Of a stretch of DNA of 64,000 bases, positions 47,626-59,579 are shown piece after piece (within the stretch, counting starts at the first letter, position 1; every line of letters starts with the position of its first letter). The notes beneath the pieces are model-generated. The model searched no databases and was not told where the DNA came from. It saw nothing but the letters and a program-made list of their open reading frames with translations. The translations under genes were made by a program, and so were the position numbers. The stretch covers positions 1,922,001-1,986,000 of the forward strand of contig CBFFSA010000001.1 of assembly GCA_965644495.1 (NCBI GenBank), written 5' to 3'. Source of the stretch: Perkinsela sp. CCAP 1560/9 (Eukaryota; Protista; Euglenozoa: Kinetoplastea).

Positions 47626-50600
47626 CATACCCTGGACGGTAATAGGTGGTAATTACCACATGCGTGGTAATAGGTGGTAATTACCACTTTTCTATTACCC
47701 AATTACCATGACAGAACGTGGGCTGAAATTTACATTCAGGAAAAAACCATATGTTTACAGAAACGGTATCTTTACCTTTAGAGATCGCTTGCCTCTTTTC
47801 TCCATAATGCCCCCCTATACTGTACTTTGACAAGTCTTGTAACAAGCAACACCTACAGGTATTGTATGGAATGCAATGCAGTGACAAATAGTAAGTACTA
47901 ATTTAAAAATTTACATGTATGAGTTTACAAAGGAAAAACAATGAGAAAATTATAGACTGACGGAAAAAAACCTAGGTAAATCTACATGTATTTATTATTT
48001 ATGTATTTATTATGTATGTATGTGTTATTATGTATGTATTTATTATGTGGTTATTGAATGTATTGAATATAACGTTGCTAAATATAATGTGTACGTTTCG
48101 ACAAATTATTATCACGATCATAACATGACACGCCATCATGCTCGTCTGAAAAATCGAATTTCAAATATAAATAAACTATGAATCGAACAAGCAAAAAAGG
48201 GTGAAAGTGAAGCATTATAAAAAATATTTTTTATGTTTTTTAAATATTGATTTAAAACAAATGTGTTTTCTTTTAGAGTGTCTCAAATCAATAAAAACAC
48301 AATCTTTTTTCACGGTTTCTCACTATGAACTGCGCTCGTTGCAATGATTTCGCGTGTACTGACACTTTTTCCTATAGTCTGCTCAGTTCAAAGGAGGAAT
48401 CTCGCGTTGTTGAATGGATGAAGAACCATGGACTCTTGTACAAAGCAGTTACTTGCGCGAAACAGCATGCTCCTCTCCCTTGCAACCTTGTAGGAGAGCA
48501 CTGGATATGCCCTGAGAGGAAAAAATGCCGAGGAAAACTCTACTACCTACAACCTCTTCTTACTGCATTTAAGCGACGAACAGCAAAACAGGTGCTTCAC
48601 GTTCTTTACGGAATGAACCCATTACCCATTAAGACGACTGTGTGAAGACCTCAAATTAGTTTGCAGACTCGGCTTTCTGGAAGCGAAACCATAAGAAATA
48701 AGTAGTAGCGGTCGAAAAATAGAAAATTAAAAAAACGTTTTTTCAAAAAAGGCGCAATAATGCTTCAGTTTGACCCAAAAAAGGTTAAACTATCAGGGAT
48801 ATTTTAATTCATATGCTCAGCTCCGATTCGCTCGTATCTGTATCACTAGGCGAACCATCTAAATCTGGTACTGTTTCGACCCTGCTGGGACCAACATAAT
48901 CCAATTTATTTAAATTACCGCGAATAAACATCTGTATGGCGATCACATCGCTGTCCAGAGAAGCCTGACGTGGGTTGTATTTCCATCCCATTATGGAAAG
49001 AAGAGAATCGCACGCGGTGACTATGGGTGGGACCCACAAATAGTGCTGAGCGGCACAAAAAATTGGAAACTGGACGGTGCCAACGTCTTCCCACCACTTC
49101 CACACCGAGGTATGCAACAAAGGTTTCAAGTGAAAATTTTTGCAACATGTGTACGAACACCACTCCTCCTCTGTAATGTGAAAAAGAGGTTGATCGCTTT
49201 GAAAAAGGTCCTTAGCAACTTCGACAGTGATAATTGGCCGTTCTTCCACGCGGATATGTCGACTTGACAATATACAATGTGTATGTTTCGGAGAAAAACT
49301 CATTACACCTTTCCAATAATACATGTAGGCTTTGTTTTCAAGTCGTTGTTTGTTCTTCTTCAGTGATTCCAATAGCGTTGTATTGCCATCCGTATTCTCT
49401 CCTTCTGCTATTAATCCCCGTATTATGGGGTAGGGAATTAAGGCCATTGGTTCATCTGGCATGTCAGACAATTGCTTTAGTGAATTATGAACAATATTCA
49501 AATGTGTTAATATTTCATGCACTTGGTTCATGAGCTCTTGAGTATCATGATCCCTTATAATTTCGGCACATTTCTTGACTGATTCAGATGCACATCCCGA
49601 GTTGACTTCATCGGCATGACTTCATCGAGTTGGCTTCATCGTTGGTAAATTTTCTTCGATGTACTTCAAACTTTCAAAATGTCCAATGCACCATCTTGTA
49701 GCCCCTCCCAATTTAGGGGCTGGAATTTTGTTCATACGTTTGGCGTGCTCAAGTGCTTCCAGAACTAGTGGATCCTTTTCGTGGAGAGAGTCAGTTCCAC
49801 GCAACGTCAAAAGCAGCGATCCCACGGGCTGCAAAGAAAGCGAAGAAAGTTTCTCTAGGGAACGGCAAAGATCCAACATATGTGATTCCCGAAATTCTAC
49901 AGGAAGAGTTGTGTCACCCAGTATTTGGTACCATTGAGAAAACAGGTCAATGGCTTCAATTGTCTCTTCGTCAACCGAACTCAATATTTCCTCAATCGCA
50001 CGCCCCATGTATTTTCCTTTCTTTGCGCTCGGCCTACCTCCTGACCAAAAAACGTGACTGAAGTTATCTCTAAGACGCATAACGGGGAGTTTTTGAAAGG
50101 GGTTCATTGAATCTCGCGCTATAAGATTAAGAATATGTCCAAAGCATGATAACTCCTTAACGCAAGGGAGGGCCAAACGGATTCCATTGCATACATTACT
50201 CGTGTCCTCTGTGCCCACAGGTGAAATTCGATCATATAGCTCTTTTAGTTCACGCTCTGTGGCAGCTCGCGCAACGTGGTTGACACCACATCCATCTACC
50301 ATAAGGTAACGTAGCTTGGAATCTCTAATCTTAACGTAGCTTGGAAACCTAGCTTGGAATCTCCGAGTCCACTTTTTGCAATCTCCAGTCCGCTGAATGC
50401 CTTGTAGCGTTTGTGATAAATTGGAGGAAGAACAAATGACTGATTTCCTGCGTATAAGACACTAATCAACACATTCTGGTGCTTTATGTTATCGATGCCG
50501 CCGTCAACAGCCAAGCCAAAAAAAGATGTATCGGAAACAGTCAGGTATATTTTATCCCAAATTTCTGTGGCCAAGCTCTTTTCTGAGCGATGGTAGGTCT

Positions 50601-51555
50601 TTGGACTAGGAAGACATCTCAGGATATGCTCCGGAGGAGCGTGCGGGCGTGATTCTTCGTATGACTTAACGAACTTTAAAAGAGCCTCCGTAGATAACTT
50701 AGATTTCGCACCCAGACACGGTAATGTTTTCTCGGTAAAGCATCCGTACCTTTATTTAAGGCAGTTAGCTGCGGATTAGAGAGTTCCTTTTCTTTCAGAG
50801 ACTTGCAAGTGGTATTCTTATGAGTGTAATAAGTTTGCTTACAGCGACCGTGAAAAACAGCGCCGCAAGCTCGACACACAACGTAGCATCTCTGGTTAGC
50901 GGCATCTTTTAAAAAGGATGCAGATCCCTAACGATGATCCGTTTCCTTAAAGCACAATTTCGAAGAAGTACTGTTAGTATTCTTGAAATCACACAAGACG
51001 TAATAAAAATAACAGGATAAATCTCCAAATTTAAGCGGGTCCTCAACGTTCCCAGACTGAACTTTCTTCGTATTGTTTGAAATATCAGTGACCTTTCTCA
51101 TTGTGGTCAAGCTTAATTGGCTTGGTCCATCAGCCACCCGCTGATTAACAGCATCGCGCAGTTCGTTGTTAATACGACGTGCTGCTCGCTTCCGAGACCT
51201 TGGAGTAATATCTGCCTCTTCCGGTCATATCAGGATAGTAACTTGATTAATGAGCAGTTTAAAGTAACTAACAGTTATGACTTTGATTAAAAGTATACGA
51301 GCGTGGGAAAAAGTATGGGGAATAGTAAAAAGTTGGATAAAAGGTACGAACGCCCTTACGTAGGTCCCAGAGGCACAATAACATTGTATTTTGCACCACA
51401 AGAAAGCAGAAGCTCTGTATTAGTAGCGAAAAAAGCCCCCTGTATCACTTAGAACACAATTAGATAGGATAACGTAAGACTTTTTAGAAGTCACTCTGTA
51501 GACTAAAATATGTGGTAATAGGAGGTAATAGGAGGTAATTACCGTCCAGGGTATG
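47626..51555 (-). mobile_element. hAT transposon, decayed; transposase about 48809-51130 in several frames
   Basis: TIRs cataccctggacggtaat / attaccgtccagggtatg; BED-like CRACG...H; AVDG; CFGHILNL; ATRW; WWE...FP...YLWVPP...CDSLLS dimerization domain. Confidence 0.85.
48325..48645 (+). pseudogene. Possible Merlin-type N-terminal zinc-ribbon fragment inside the hAT element
   Basis: EWMKNHGLL....C....C....WIC.....C. Confidence 0.4.
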
Positions 51556-51604
51556 ATATATACCCAAATATAATCTACATACACCCAAATTGTATATAAA
51601 AATA

Positions 51605-51905
51605 CCGTATACCCCCCCAGTAACAGAGATTTGGCCATTTTTGGGCTGACCCCCAGTAACAGAGATTTGGCTCGGGAGGGTGGTTGGAGGGGGGAGGGGG
51701 TGTTTGAGCGGGTGGGGGTCGCTGGGCTGGGTGAGGGTGGTTGCGCGGCAGCGATTGGCGTAGTTGCGGGGATGTCTGGCCAGAAAATCAACGCACCCAT
51801 GAACAAAAAAGGTCTTTTCCCACCAAAAAAGCATACCCCCCTAGTAACAGAGATTCGGCCATTTTGGCCCAAAACCCATTCTATTACTCGGGGGGGGGTA
51901 TACGG
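51605..51905. mobile_element. MITE, CCGTA-TIR family
   Basis: TA|ccgtataccccccagtaa ... gggggggtatacgg|TA. Confidence 0.85.
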
Positions 51906-52025
51906 TACCCAAACTGTATATACCCAAATTATCACGGCCAAGCTTAAGGTTCATCTAATAACAATCCTTAGTTGTTCTCTTTTTTTCCCTTTATGTCAAT
52001 GCAATATCGATAAAGCGCATCCTCC

Positions 52026-52772
52026 CTAACGGTACAGTTGCGCACCACCACGAATGCGCATCACATCACTTCGGAGGATTCGGAACACAAAACACAGAGA
52101 AAGAAAATAGAAACTGTGCGAGGCGGTCTTGTCGATCACAGGAATTACACTTGTTGCTTTCCGATTCGGAAGGGGGGAGATACAGAAGTCCGTAATTTTC
52201 TTTTTACCATCGATTTCCTCAATCCTGCACACATTTTCACTCCATTGGACGCCGCCACGTCTTGCACGATGTCCTCTTTCATACTTTCGCTTTGACACGG
52301 CGACTTCATCGGCCTGGACATCGCGCCAGTTTTCGGGAAGTGACATGCCCAGCCAAGCGACGAAGGCGATTCCATAATCCAAAGTTTGAGTGAGGCGTGT
52401 AATAGTCTTTGGGTCAGCACCTGCTTCTTCACATATCGCTTTGCGCGTGGTCCCTCGATGCATCGCAATCAAGGTGAAAATCAGTTACTTAAAAGTAACG
52501 GATGATCGTTGACCTCGCCCAGATGGTATGTACGGGCATTCGAAAGGAAGTCTTTTCTTACACCGAGAAAGGCATAGGAAGCACTTGCGTCCCCCTTCCT
52601 TCATTAAAGCCATGATATGATTTTTACATTTCGAGCAAAGTGGTGATACATACGTTGGACCGTGTCAACGGGCCCACTTGTTTATTATTGCATCTTTCAC
52701 TTTTCCTAACTCCATGACCTTTAGACCATTAACGCAATCAAACGTTTCGCATCCATCACAATCAAAGTTCAT
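52026..52772 (-). pseudogene. Merlin/IS1595-family transposase N-terminal half
   Basis: VQADEVAVSKRKYERGHR...VQW motif; upstream Cys-rich region. Confidence 0.8.
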
Positions 52773-53028
52773 TCAGTTTTATTGCTTAGCAAGGGAAAAA
52801 TAATTATGGAAAAGTCTGTAGAACACTGTAGAACATATTACTACCACAAAAAACATTTTACAATTTTTTTTTGGGGGGGGAAAAAAAGTCCCTTTTCACC
52901 AACGTTTTTTTGGAATCAGTTTCTATACCTTCGAAACCTGGTTCTTCTTCAGGTTGAACTGCCTCCGCAAGAGACATGCATCGACCAAAGAAAGGTCTTG
53001 CGGCTCATCTTCTAGAAGTGTGAGTATA

Positions 53029-53661
53029 CAGGGGTTGGCACTTGCACCTGGGGGGGTCTAAAATTTGTAAACACTGTCCAATTTTGGAAGCTAATAGCGC
53101 ATTCGAGAGCTCTCTCAGAGTTACATGTCTTACAAAAATGTCTTACAAAAAACTATTAGCACACGGGGTAGAAATTCAAATCGTCAGATGGCTCCCAAAC
53201 GAGATTTGTCATTTACATTTTATTCAATTTACCTTAAAAAAAGCTTGCCTTTTCTCTGGACAACGATGGAACAACGCTTTCGAAAGCTACGAAGCGTGCT
53301 TTGGCGATCTGTGTTTTGCTCGTTTTCGTTGGCCACCACAACCGGGTATACCCTTTCTCTTGGGCTTTGGCACGTGCCTTGTTATGAACAGGGGCGTTGT
53401 CCATCGCTACATACGCGCGGTGCCTCCGCAAGTACTGAAACTCGCTTTCGTGGCATAAAAAGGGGGGAAAAAGAAAAATTGCCGAATTTTCACATCAAAA
53501 AAAATAATATTTTTTATCATCGGATTAAATCGTTTAATTTGAGCGATCCGAATAAGCCAAAGACATACAATTCTGAGAGAGCTCTCCAAAGCGCTATTGT
53601 TTTACAAAATTGAGCAAATTTTACAAATTTTAGACCCCCCAGGTTTGAGTGCCACCCCCTG
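53029..53661 (-). mobile_element. Internally deleted Tc1/IS630-like element (CAGGGG TIR family)
   Basis: TA|caggggttggcac...ggggggtctaaaatttgtaa and the inverted copy at the other end |TA; retains AMDNAPVH...WWP. Confidence 0.85.
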
Positions 53662-53740
53662 TATGTATGTCTATGTGTGAGTATATCTACTTGTATGTCT
53701 GATTCTAGAAATTCGGTGACAGGATCTAATAAGATTTACT

Positions 53741-54001
53741 TCATCGCCGGGTTCTGTATGAAGAACAATACCCCAGATTAATGACTTCTATTCCACACGC
53801 AAGTTTGAAGCCCATGGGTAAGACCCGAGGCCGTAAAACCCGGCTCCCTATTCGTACGCAGCACGCGTTACCAAGTGCTGCAGATACGGGAATTTGATAA
53901 TAATAATTTCGCACATCGGCGTGTAGGAAATATGTCTGTGTTTGTGAACAGTCGCCTAAGGAAACTAGTGCCCGAATTATAGTTACAAACCGGTGACACA
54001 C
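53741..54001 (-). pseudogene. Reverse transcriptase fragment, DIRS-like
   Basis: ADVRNYYYQIPV ... RVLPMGF match RT motifs A and B. Confidence 0.65.
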
Positions 54002-55131
54002 TTTTTAACGCAATTTAATGTACGTTTTTTTAATTAACGTACTACCTAGTAGCATTAATTAACGTAATACAGTTACCCCCCTTACTTCGCCTCCCCCCTT
54101 ACTTCACCACAGTTAGTCACTGGACGTGTGGTGAAGTAAGGGGGATGTCAGATTTTTCCCCAGGCAACTTACCACCTCTTTACACAGCCGGAAGGGTGCA
54201 CTGCAACCGACCGTTACATCGGGGTAAGGCGAGGCAGAGCCCACGCCCAGTGGTCTTCAAAGGAGGGACACAGATGGCGCACAAAGATCGATGCACAAAG
54301 GTTCTTGGTGCAACTTTTTTGGTGAAGACGACGCTGTCATACCGGGATTTTAAACCACAGTCCGGTTTAACGTTCCGAGGGGGGATGTTAACGGCTACAG
54401 GAACTGCTAATGCTACTTTGCTGCAGGAATAATAACTTTTGAAGATTGTCTTGGGTTCATCGACGCAACGGGTTGGTAGCAGCACGTTGTTGCCGCCTTG
54501 TACTAACGAAATCGGTAGAGGACTTCGGCCTCGAAACTTCCAAATCTACATGTACATGTGAAGAGTCTGGCCTGCCAGTGACCGATCGGAGTAACCCGGA
54601 ATGATTTAGATTTGTTGAACGATTTCTAATTCAGAACGATTTTCTTCTATGTGAGTTTCATCATCGCTTTGATCATAAAGTTGCGCCACAGCGTCTTGTA
54701 GTTCTTAAATTGGTGTTCAATAGGTTATGTTCTGCGATATCATTTGAATTTTACGATGTAGGAAATTTTCATGGGGAGAAGGTTCAAAACGCATGGGACA
54801 TCGTAGACAAGTTAAAAGAAACATAAAAGATAGAATGCAACACGAGGTATTACAACACTCAAGAAAAGGAAAATATGCTCAATGTCGATAGCATAGTGTA
54901 CTTCAATAATTTGCGGATTTCCGAGAGAACCATAAATTGATCGAACTTTGAATCACTTATTCACCCCCCTTAGAGGGCTGAAACCACCTGGGTTTGCCTA
55001 GGTTTGCCTGGGTTTGCTAATTTTCAATATTGTATTAGGCAACTCATTTTCTTCCTTGGCGAAAAGCACAGTATATTCTTTAATGCTCTTTTCGCACAAT
55101 AACTTATTTTTCTTAGATTCACCCAAAAAAA

Positions 55132-55302
55132 AATATTATTCATGATCTTTTGGCGGTTTTTCTTTTTTAGGCTTTTCGTTAAACGCGAAGGCAGTTTTAA
55201 ACACGAAGCGCGCAGCATGAGTGACTTCTAAGTTGAAAACAACCACCGCATTTAACGAAGAGCCTAAAAAAGAAGAATCGCCAAAAGATCATGAATAATA
55301 TT
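55132..55302. repeat. Palindromic hairpin repeat, extended 170-bp copy 5
   Basis: aatattattcatgatcttttggcg...cgccaaaagatcatgaataatatt around the conserved core. Confidence 0.88.
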
Positions 55303-55512
55303 ACTGTGACCTTTTACAGCGGAAAAACATCAAACCCCCACTTTATACTTCGTTACTGTTCAAAATGGGCGAAGTATAAAGGGGGGATCACAGTAATATT
55401 AGTAGTTGATACTGAAAGTAATGCTAATTTCGTATGATTCGAACATTTCTTTAAGCGTACATGTAGAACACTATTACCCTATTGTCGAACCCCCTACATG
55501 GACCCCGAACTA

Positions 55513-55808
55513 CCGTAGACCCCCCCAGTAATAGAATCGATTTTGGGCCAAAATGGCCGAATCCTTGTTACTGGGGGGGTATGCTTTTTGGGTGAGAAAG
55601 GACCTTTTTTATTCATGAGTTCGTTGACTTTCAGCACATCCAACCCCGCAACCACGCCATTCGCTCCCTCGCAACCGCCCTCACCCCGCCCAAACACCCC
55701 CTCCCTCCTGCAACGACCCTCCCGAGCCAAATCTTTGTTACTGGGGGTCAGCCGAAAAAGGGTCGAATCCCTTTTACTGGGGGGGTCTATTACTAGGGGG
55801 CTCTACGG
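55513..55808. mobile_element. MITE, CCGTA-TIR family
   Basis: TA|ccgtagacccccccagtaatag ... ctattactagggggctctacgg|TA. Confidence 0.85.
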
Positions 55809-56422
55809 TAGTCTCCGTACTCGCTCCCTACACACTTCCTGCACCCCCTGTACCCGACTGCACCCCCTAGACCCGACTTCCACCCCCTGGAACCCCCACC
55901 CGGATCCTCCAGCGAACTCCATAGCCGAAAAAACTCCAAGTACCATTGCCATTGGTCTCTCTTGGGACCTGACTGGGTTTGCATTTTACTGGTTTCAGCC
56001 CTCTTACTTCACCACTCCCCTTACTTCACCAAAAAGTACGGGTTTTGGATCAAAAAATGGGGGCTAAGTAGGGGGGATAACGGTAACTCACGTAGAATTA
56101 CGAAATTTGTTGAATTTTACTAAAAGAAAACTAAAATTCGGGCCGCTTCGCGGCGCGTGTATTTCAAGGGAATAAAGATAAAGGGTACCTTGAAGGGGAC
56201 ACTACATATTCCAAGTATAACGTAACATAACCACCACGCGGTGCAGTGTTTTTGACGTGGAATCCCCCCTGACAGGCAGAATACGGCAGATTAAGCGACC
56301 ACCTCCCATCACAGCACTAGTTTTACTCCATTTTTTGGAATTAAAAAGAAAGGAATTGGAATCGTCCATTTCATTTACATTTAGAGAGTAGTACTTTGAA
56401 CTAACACTCGTACTTCAACACA

Positions 56423-57124
56423 ATGCAACGTGCCGTACGCGTGGCCGATGTCCCCTCTCGACCCAGTAAGGTTCGAAACGCGGTTCTCCCACAAGAATAC
56501 AATATGTTTCGACTACTGAGTAACGCCAGTTTCGCTGAGGAGTCATGGACCGAGAAAACGCCCGCTTGTGTGTGGAAGCATGTGGAGTGTAACGATGAGG
56601 GAGAGGTGACAAAGATACAATGGCGCAAATACGAAAGCGCATATGGAGACAAAGAGGAGAGAGTCTCTCTACAAGGTTCACTGCGATGGAATTTCCTACC
56701 CGACACTCTGATCTCCTTCGATGTTTCCTTGCAGGAGGTTTTGGAGGGGCACGTAGACTTGGCGGTACTACCGGCAAGATTGAAAAAGTTTGACATTGGT
56801 AGCAATCAGTTTAGCGGAAGCTTGGATTTAACGCATTTGCCGTCTACTCTGAAAGATTTGCGTTTGGGATGGAATCGTTTTGAAGGTGAAGTTGATCTTA
56901 CACGCCTCCCCGATACTTTGAAAAATCTCGACCTGTGTCATAATAGTCTGTGCGGAAAACCTGATCTCACAAAGCTTCCGAAGGCGCTAATGTGGGCCAG
57001 GCTCCTTGTCAACAATTTCGTCATACCTGACTTTATTCCGGAAGGTGTACACATCAAGCCGTATGTGAGTAGAAGACGACCCTGTGGATTCAATCCGTAC
57101 AAAGTACGATATAACCATAAATGA
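56423..57124 (+). CDS. LRR protein, subfamily C, 5 LRRs
   Basis: ADVPSRPSKVRNAVLPQEY; close paralog of 62134. Confidence 0.92.
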   Translation: MQRAVRVADVPSRPSKVRNAVLPQEYNMFRLLSNASFAEESWTEKTPACVWKHVECNDEGEVTKIQWRKYESAYGDKEERVSLQGSLRWNFLPDTLISFDVSLQEVLEGHVDLAVLPARLKKFDIGSNQFSGSLDLTHLPSTLKDLRLGWNRFEGEVDLTRLPDTLKNLDLCHNSLCGKPDLTKLPKALMWARLLVNNFVIPDFIPEGVHIKPYVSRRRPCGFNPYKVRYNHK

Positions 57125-57375
57125 TGTATTCTAGCTGTACGTGTACTCTACTTGTATTAAGAAGACTAAGGCAGAAAGTTATTTCTTTTTCTAGTACTTG
57201 TAAATATTTTCTAGTAGTTGTAAATATTGTTTGAAGGCCAAATGGAGGATTTGCAATGTATGTTTTAAACGGAAGGGTGTGTGAAATAAAACTTTGAATA
57301 AAAAGTGGGATTGAACGAATAGTGTACTTTTTTTAAATTTTTATGAAATCCTTTTTCGTGCTTCGTATGGTGATA

Positions 57376-57460
57376 CAGGGGTGAAAACTTTCATCTGGGG
57401 GGTTTAAAAATTGTAAAATTTTCTCAATTTTGTAGAATAATAACGCAATTTGGCGTATTT
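57376..57460. mobile_element. Solo terminus of the CAGGGG-TIR family
   Basis: TA|caggggtg...ctggggggtttaaaaattgtaaaatt. Confidence 0.6.
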
Positions 57461-57774
57461 TGAGTGTATTCAGATGTTCAATAACATCCCTGAGGAACAT
57501 TTTGAAAAACTCAAAAGGAAACATTGTACTCAGAACAGCTTTAAAGACCTCTTTCTTATGGTGGAACTGTTCGTTGTTGGTTGGTGGGGAGGCAGAAGGG
57601 CAGCCGGATCGTCTCGGAGCGAAATCATTACGGCACCTGGGATGTAAGAGGACTCGAAGTCCCTGGCGTTCAGCGCAAGAGCTATGTATTCGACATCCGC
57701 TTCCGCGTTTCTACTACTTGGTAGGATGGCTGCTTTTTCAAAAAGGGGGAGAATGTCCGTTATTCCCGGCAACA

Positions 57775-57897
57775 AACCCCCACCCGGATTCTCCAGCGAA
57801 ATCCATAGCCGAAAAAACGCCAAGTACCTTTGCTATTGGTTTCTCTTGGGACCTGACTGGGTTTGCCTGAGTTTGCATTTTACTAGTTTCAGCCCTC
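57775..57897. mobile_element. Right end of a Harbinger-type MITE, homologous to 55890-56003
   Basis: aacccccacccggat.ctccagcgaa...cttgggacctgactgggtttgc...gtttcagccctc|TAA. Confidence 0.75.
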
Positions 57898-58055
57898 TAA
57901 ATAATATTCACGTATTTTCCAAAAATGATTCTCTTTGCAATCTCTTTGCACTCTCTGCACATGAATGAGAAGTACATTCTGCCACTGGAATGTGTATGCA
58001 AAAAAAAATGTGTATGCAAATTTTCGTAATGTACTTCTTCCTTGTGTTTCAACTA

Positions 58056-58370
58056 AACCATGTTCCAGGATAGTGTATACACATGCCCACTTAGTAAACC
58101 TAGTAAGTATACTAAGTGTCCCAAGGCCACTTAGTATACCTCCCCCCCCCTCCCAGCAACAGGAGCGGGAGAAGTCCCTTTTTTAGATGCGACAGAGCAA
58201 CTTTTCTAGCAATCGTATTTTTTAAGGCCAAAACACTATATTTTCTAGCAATGGTAGATAAGAAACGCGCCGCGAAGCGGCGCAAAACTCTTTTTTTGCT
58301 TTTTAGACAAAATTTAGTATACCGTACCCACTTAGTATACCTACTAGGTATATTATCCTGGAACATGGTT
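58056..58370. mobile_element. MITE with TA flanks and a GCGAAGC hairpin
   Basis: TA|aaccatgttccaggata ... tatcctggaacatggtt|TA. Confidence 0.8.
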
Positions 58371-59196
58371 TACATCGAAAAGGCCTGGAACTATTCTCAA
58401 AATTACAATAGTCCTTCGCGTAGCAGAGACTGATTTGGGCTAATTTTTCTCTTATTGGCTTTTATTGGCGAGTGAGATTCCGAAAATAGATTCTATCACT
58501 GCAGGAATTAGGATATTAAACGTGTTTGCAGCGAACACCGGATGACGTCTAACTTATTGTACTCTTCGGTAGGCATTTTTAATCAGGACATCATTCGTTA
58601 GGCAATGTGTGGAAGAAGGAAGAAGGAAGGTCTGCGCCATGGTTCTTAGCCAACGGCGTCATTATTGCTGATGCAACCTTGCATAGGTGGTCCCAGACCA
58701 CGTTTTTGAGCGCCCCTTCCATCCACTTGGGATTCAGGGGACCTTCGCCTCCTTGCACAACTTCCTTCAGAAGTTCACAATCAGTTTCTTGTGTGAGGGC
58801 AAAATAAATTCGGTTGCGTATGACGCGTCCTTTGCTGTTCAAAAACTTTTCATTCTGTAGACCCACACATATCATAAAAAGCTTGGAAAGAACTGGGGTT
58901 GAATACGTCCTAATGGGACCCTAAAGTGGGGGGTGTTTCTTTTCTTTTTCTTTGGTCTTGGTTGGTTTCACATGCTTTTCTCCCTCATCTAACTCCCGCT
59001 TTCGCGCCTGCAGTATTACAGCAACCGAGAGTAGTACGCACCCATTGATCAATGGATCTTCATAGCTTCCTTCTTGTAGACGTTCTGCACCTTATCTGCT
59101 TCTGGTGTACTAGCACCTATGCCTTCCATGACAGTGGATACAAAATTCAATTCCTGGGACCCATTTTGGTGCAAGGCAGAATAAACTTCCTATAAA

Positions 59197-59530
59197 TTAA
59201 TGCTGGATGCGCGCTTTGCTTCTTCCGCTCATCTGAAACACCCATGCGTCAGCCTTTTCTTCGATGCAACTGACAAAATGAATAGTCCCATACAGAGAGC
59301 AATGTTTTGTGATGCAGAAGTTTTTTCTAAGACGCATTTTCTTCTCATCGAACGAAGTCCAGTGTGCTTCCAGGACTTGTTTTCTATAGTATAGGGAACC
59401 AAATTGTTTGTTTGGCGGTGGCATTTCACTAATTTCATTAAAGACCGTGCGAAGTGTATTCTCATGACTGTAGAAAAGATTACCCGACCGTCAGTGTCGA
59501 TAGCCCCCCATAACACCATCACCTTTGTTC
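59197..59530 (-). pseudogene. Possible Tc1/IS630-like transposase fragment
   Basis: VMVLWGAIDTDG segment. Confidence 0.35.
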
Positions 59531-59579
59531 TCCATACATCTCAGCTTGTCTCGATTGATTATTTTGATACGTTCACATA

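Larger units (their letters stand above)
54973..56003. mobile_element. Non-autonomous PIF/Harbinger-type element with TTA TSD
   Basis: TTA|gagggctgaaacc ... ggtttcagccctc|TTA; removing it restores a cccccttacttc host motif. Confidence 0.8.
54070..56083. mobile_element. Outer TA-flanked MITE hosting nested insertions
   Basis: TA|cagttaccccccttact ... agtaggggggataacgg|TA; cccccttacttc subterminal repeats. Confidence 0.65.

Noticed and set aside
53741-54001. Diversity-generating retroelement acting on the LRR genes
   Set aside because: RT is a short DIRS-like fragment; no template/variable repeat pair with adenine-specific differences was seen
51420-56067. ORFs containing RAKSLLLGVS (34418, 51420, 55543)
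   Set aside because: Translations of the non-coding CCGTA MITE family; similarity reflects the DNA repeat
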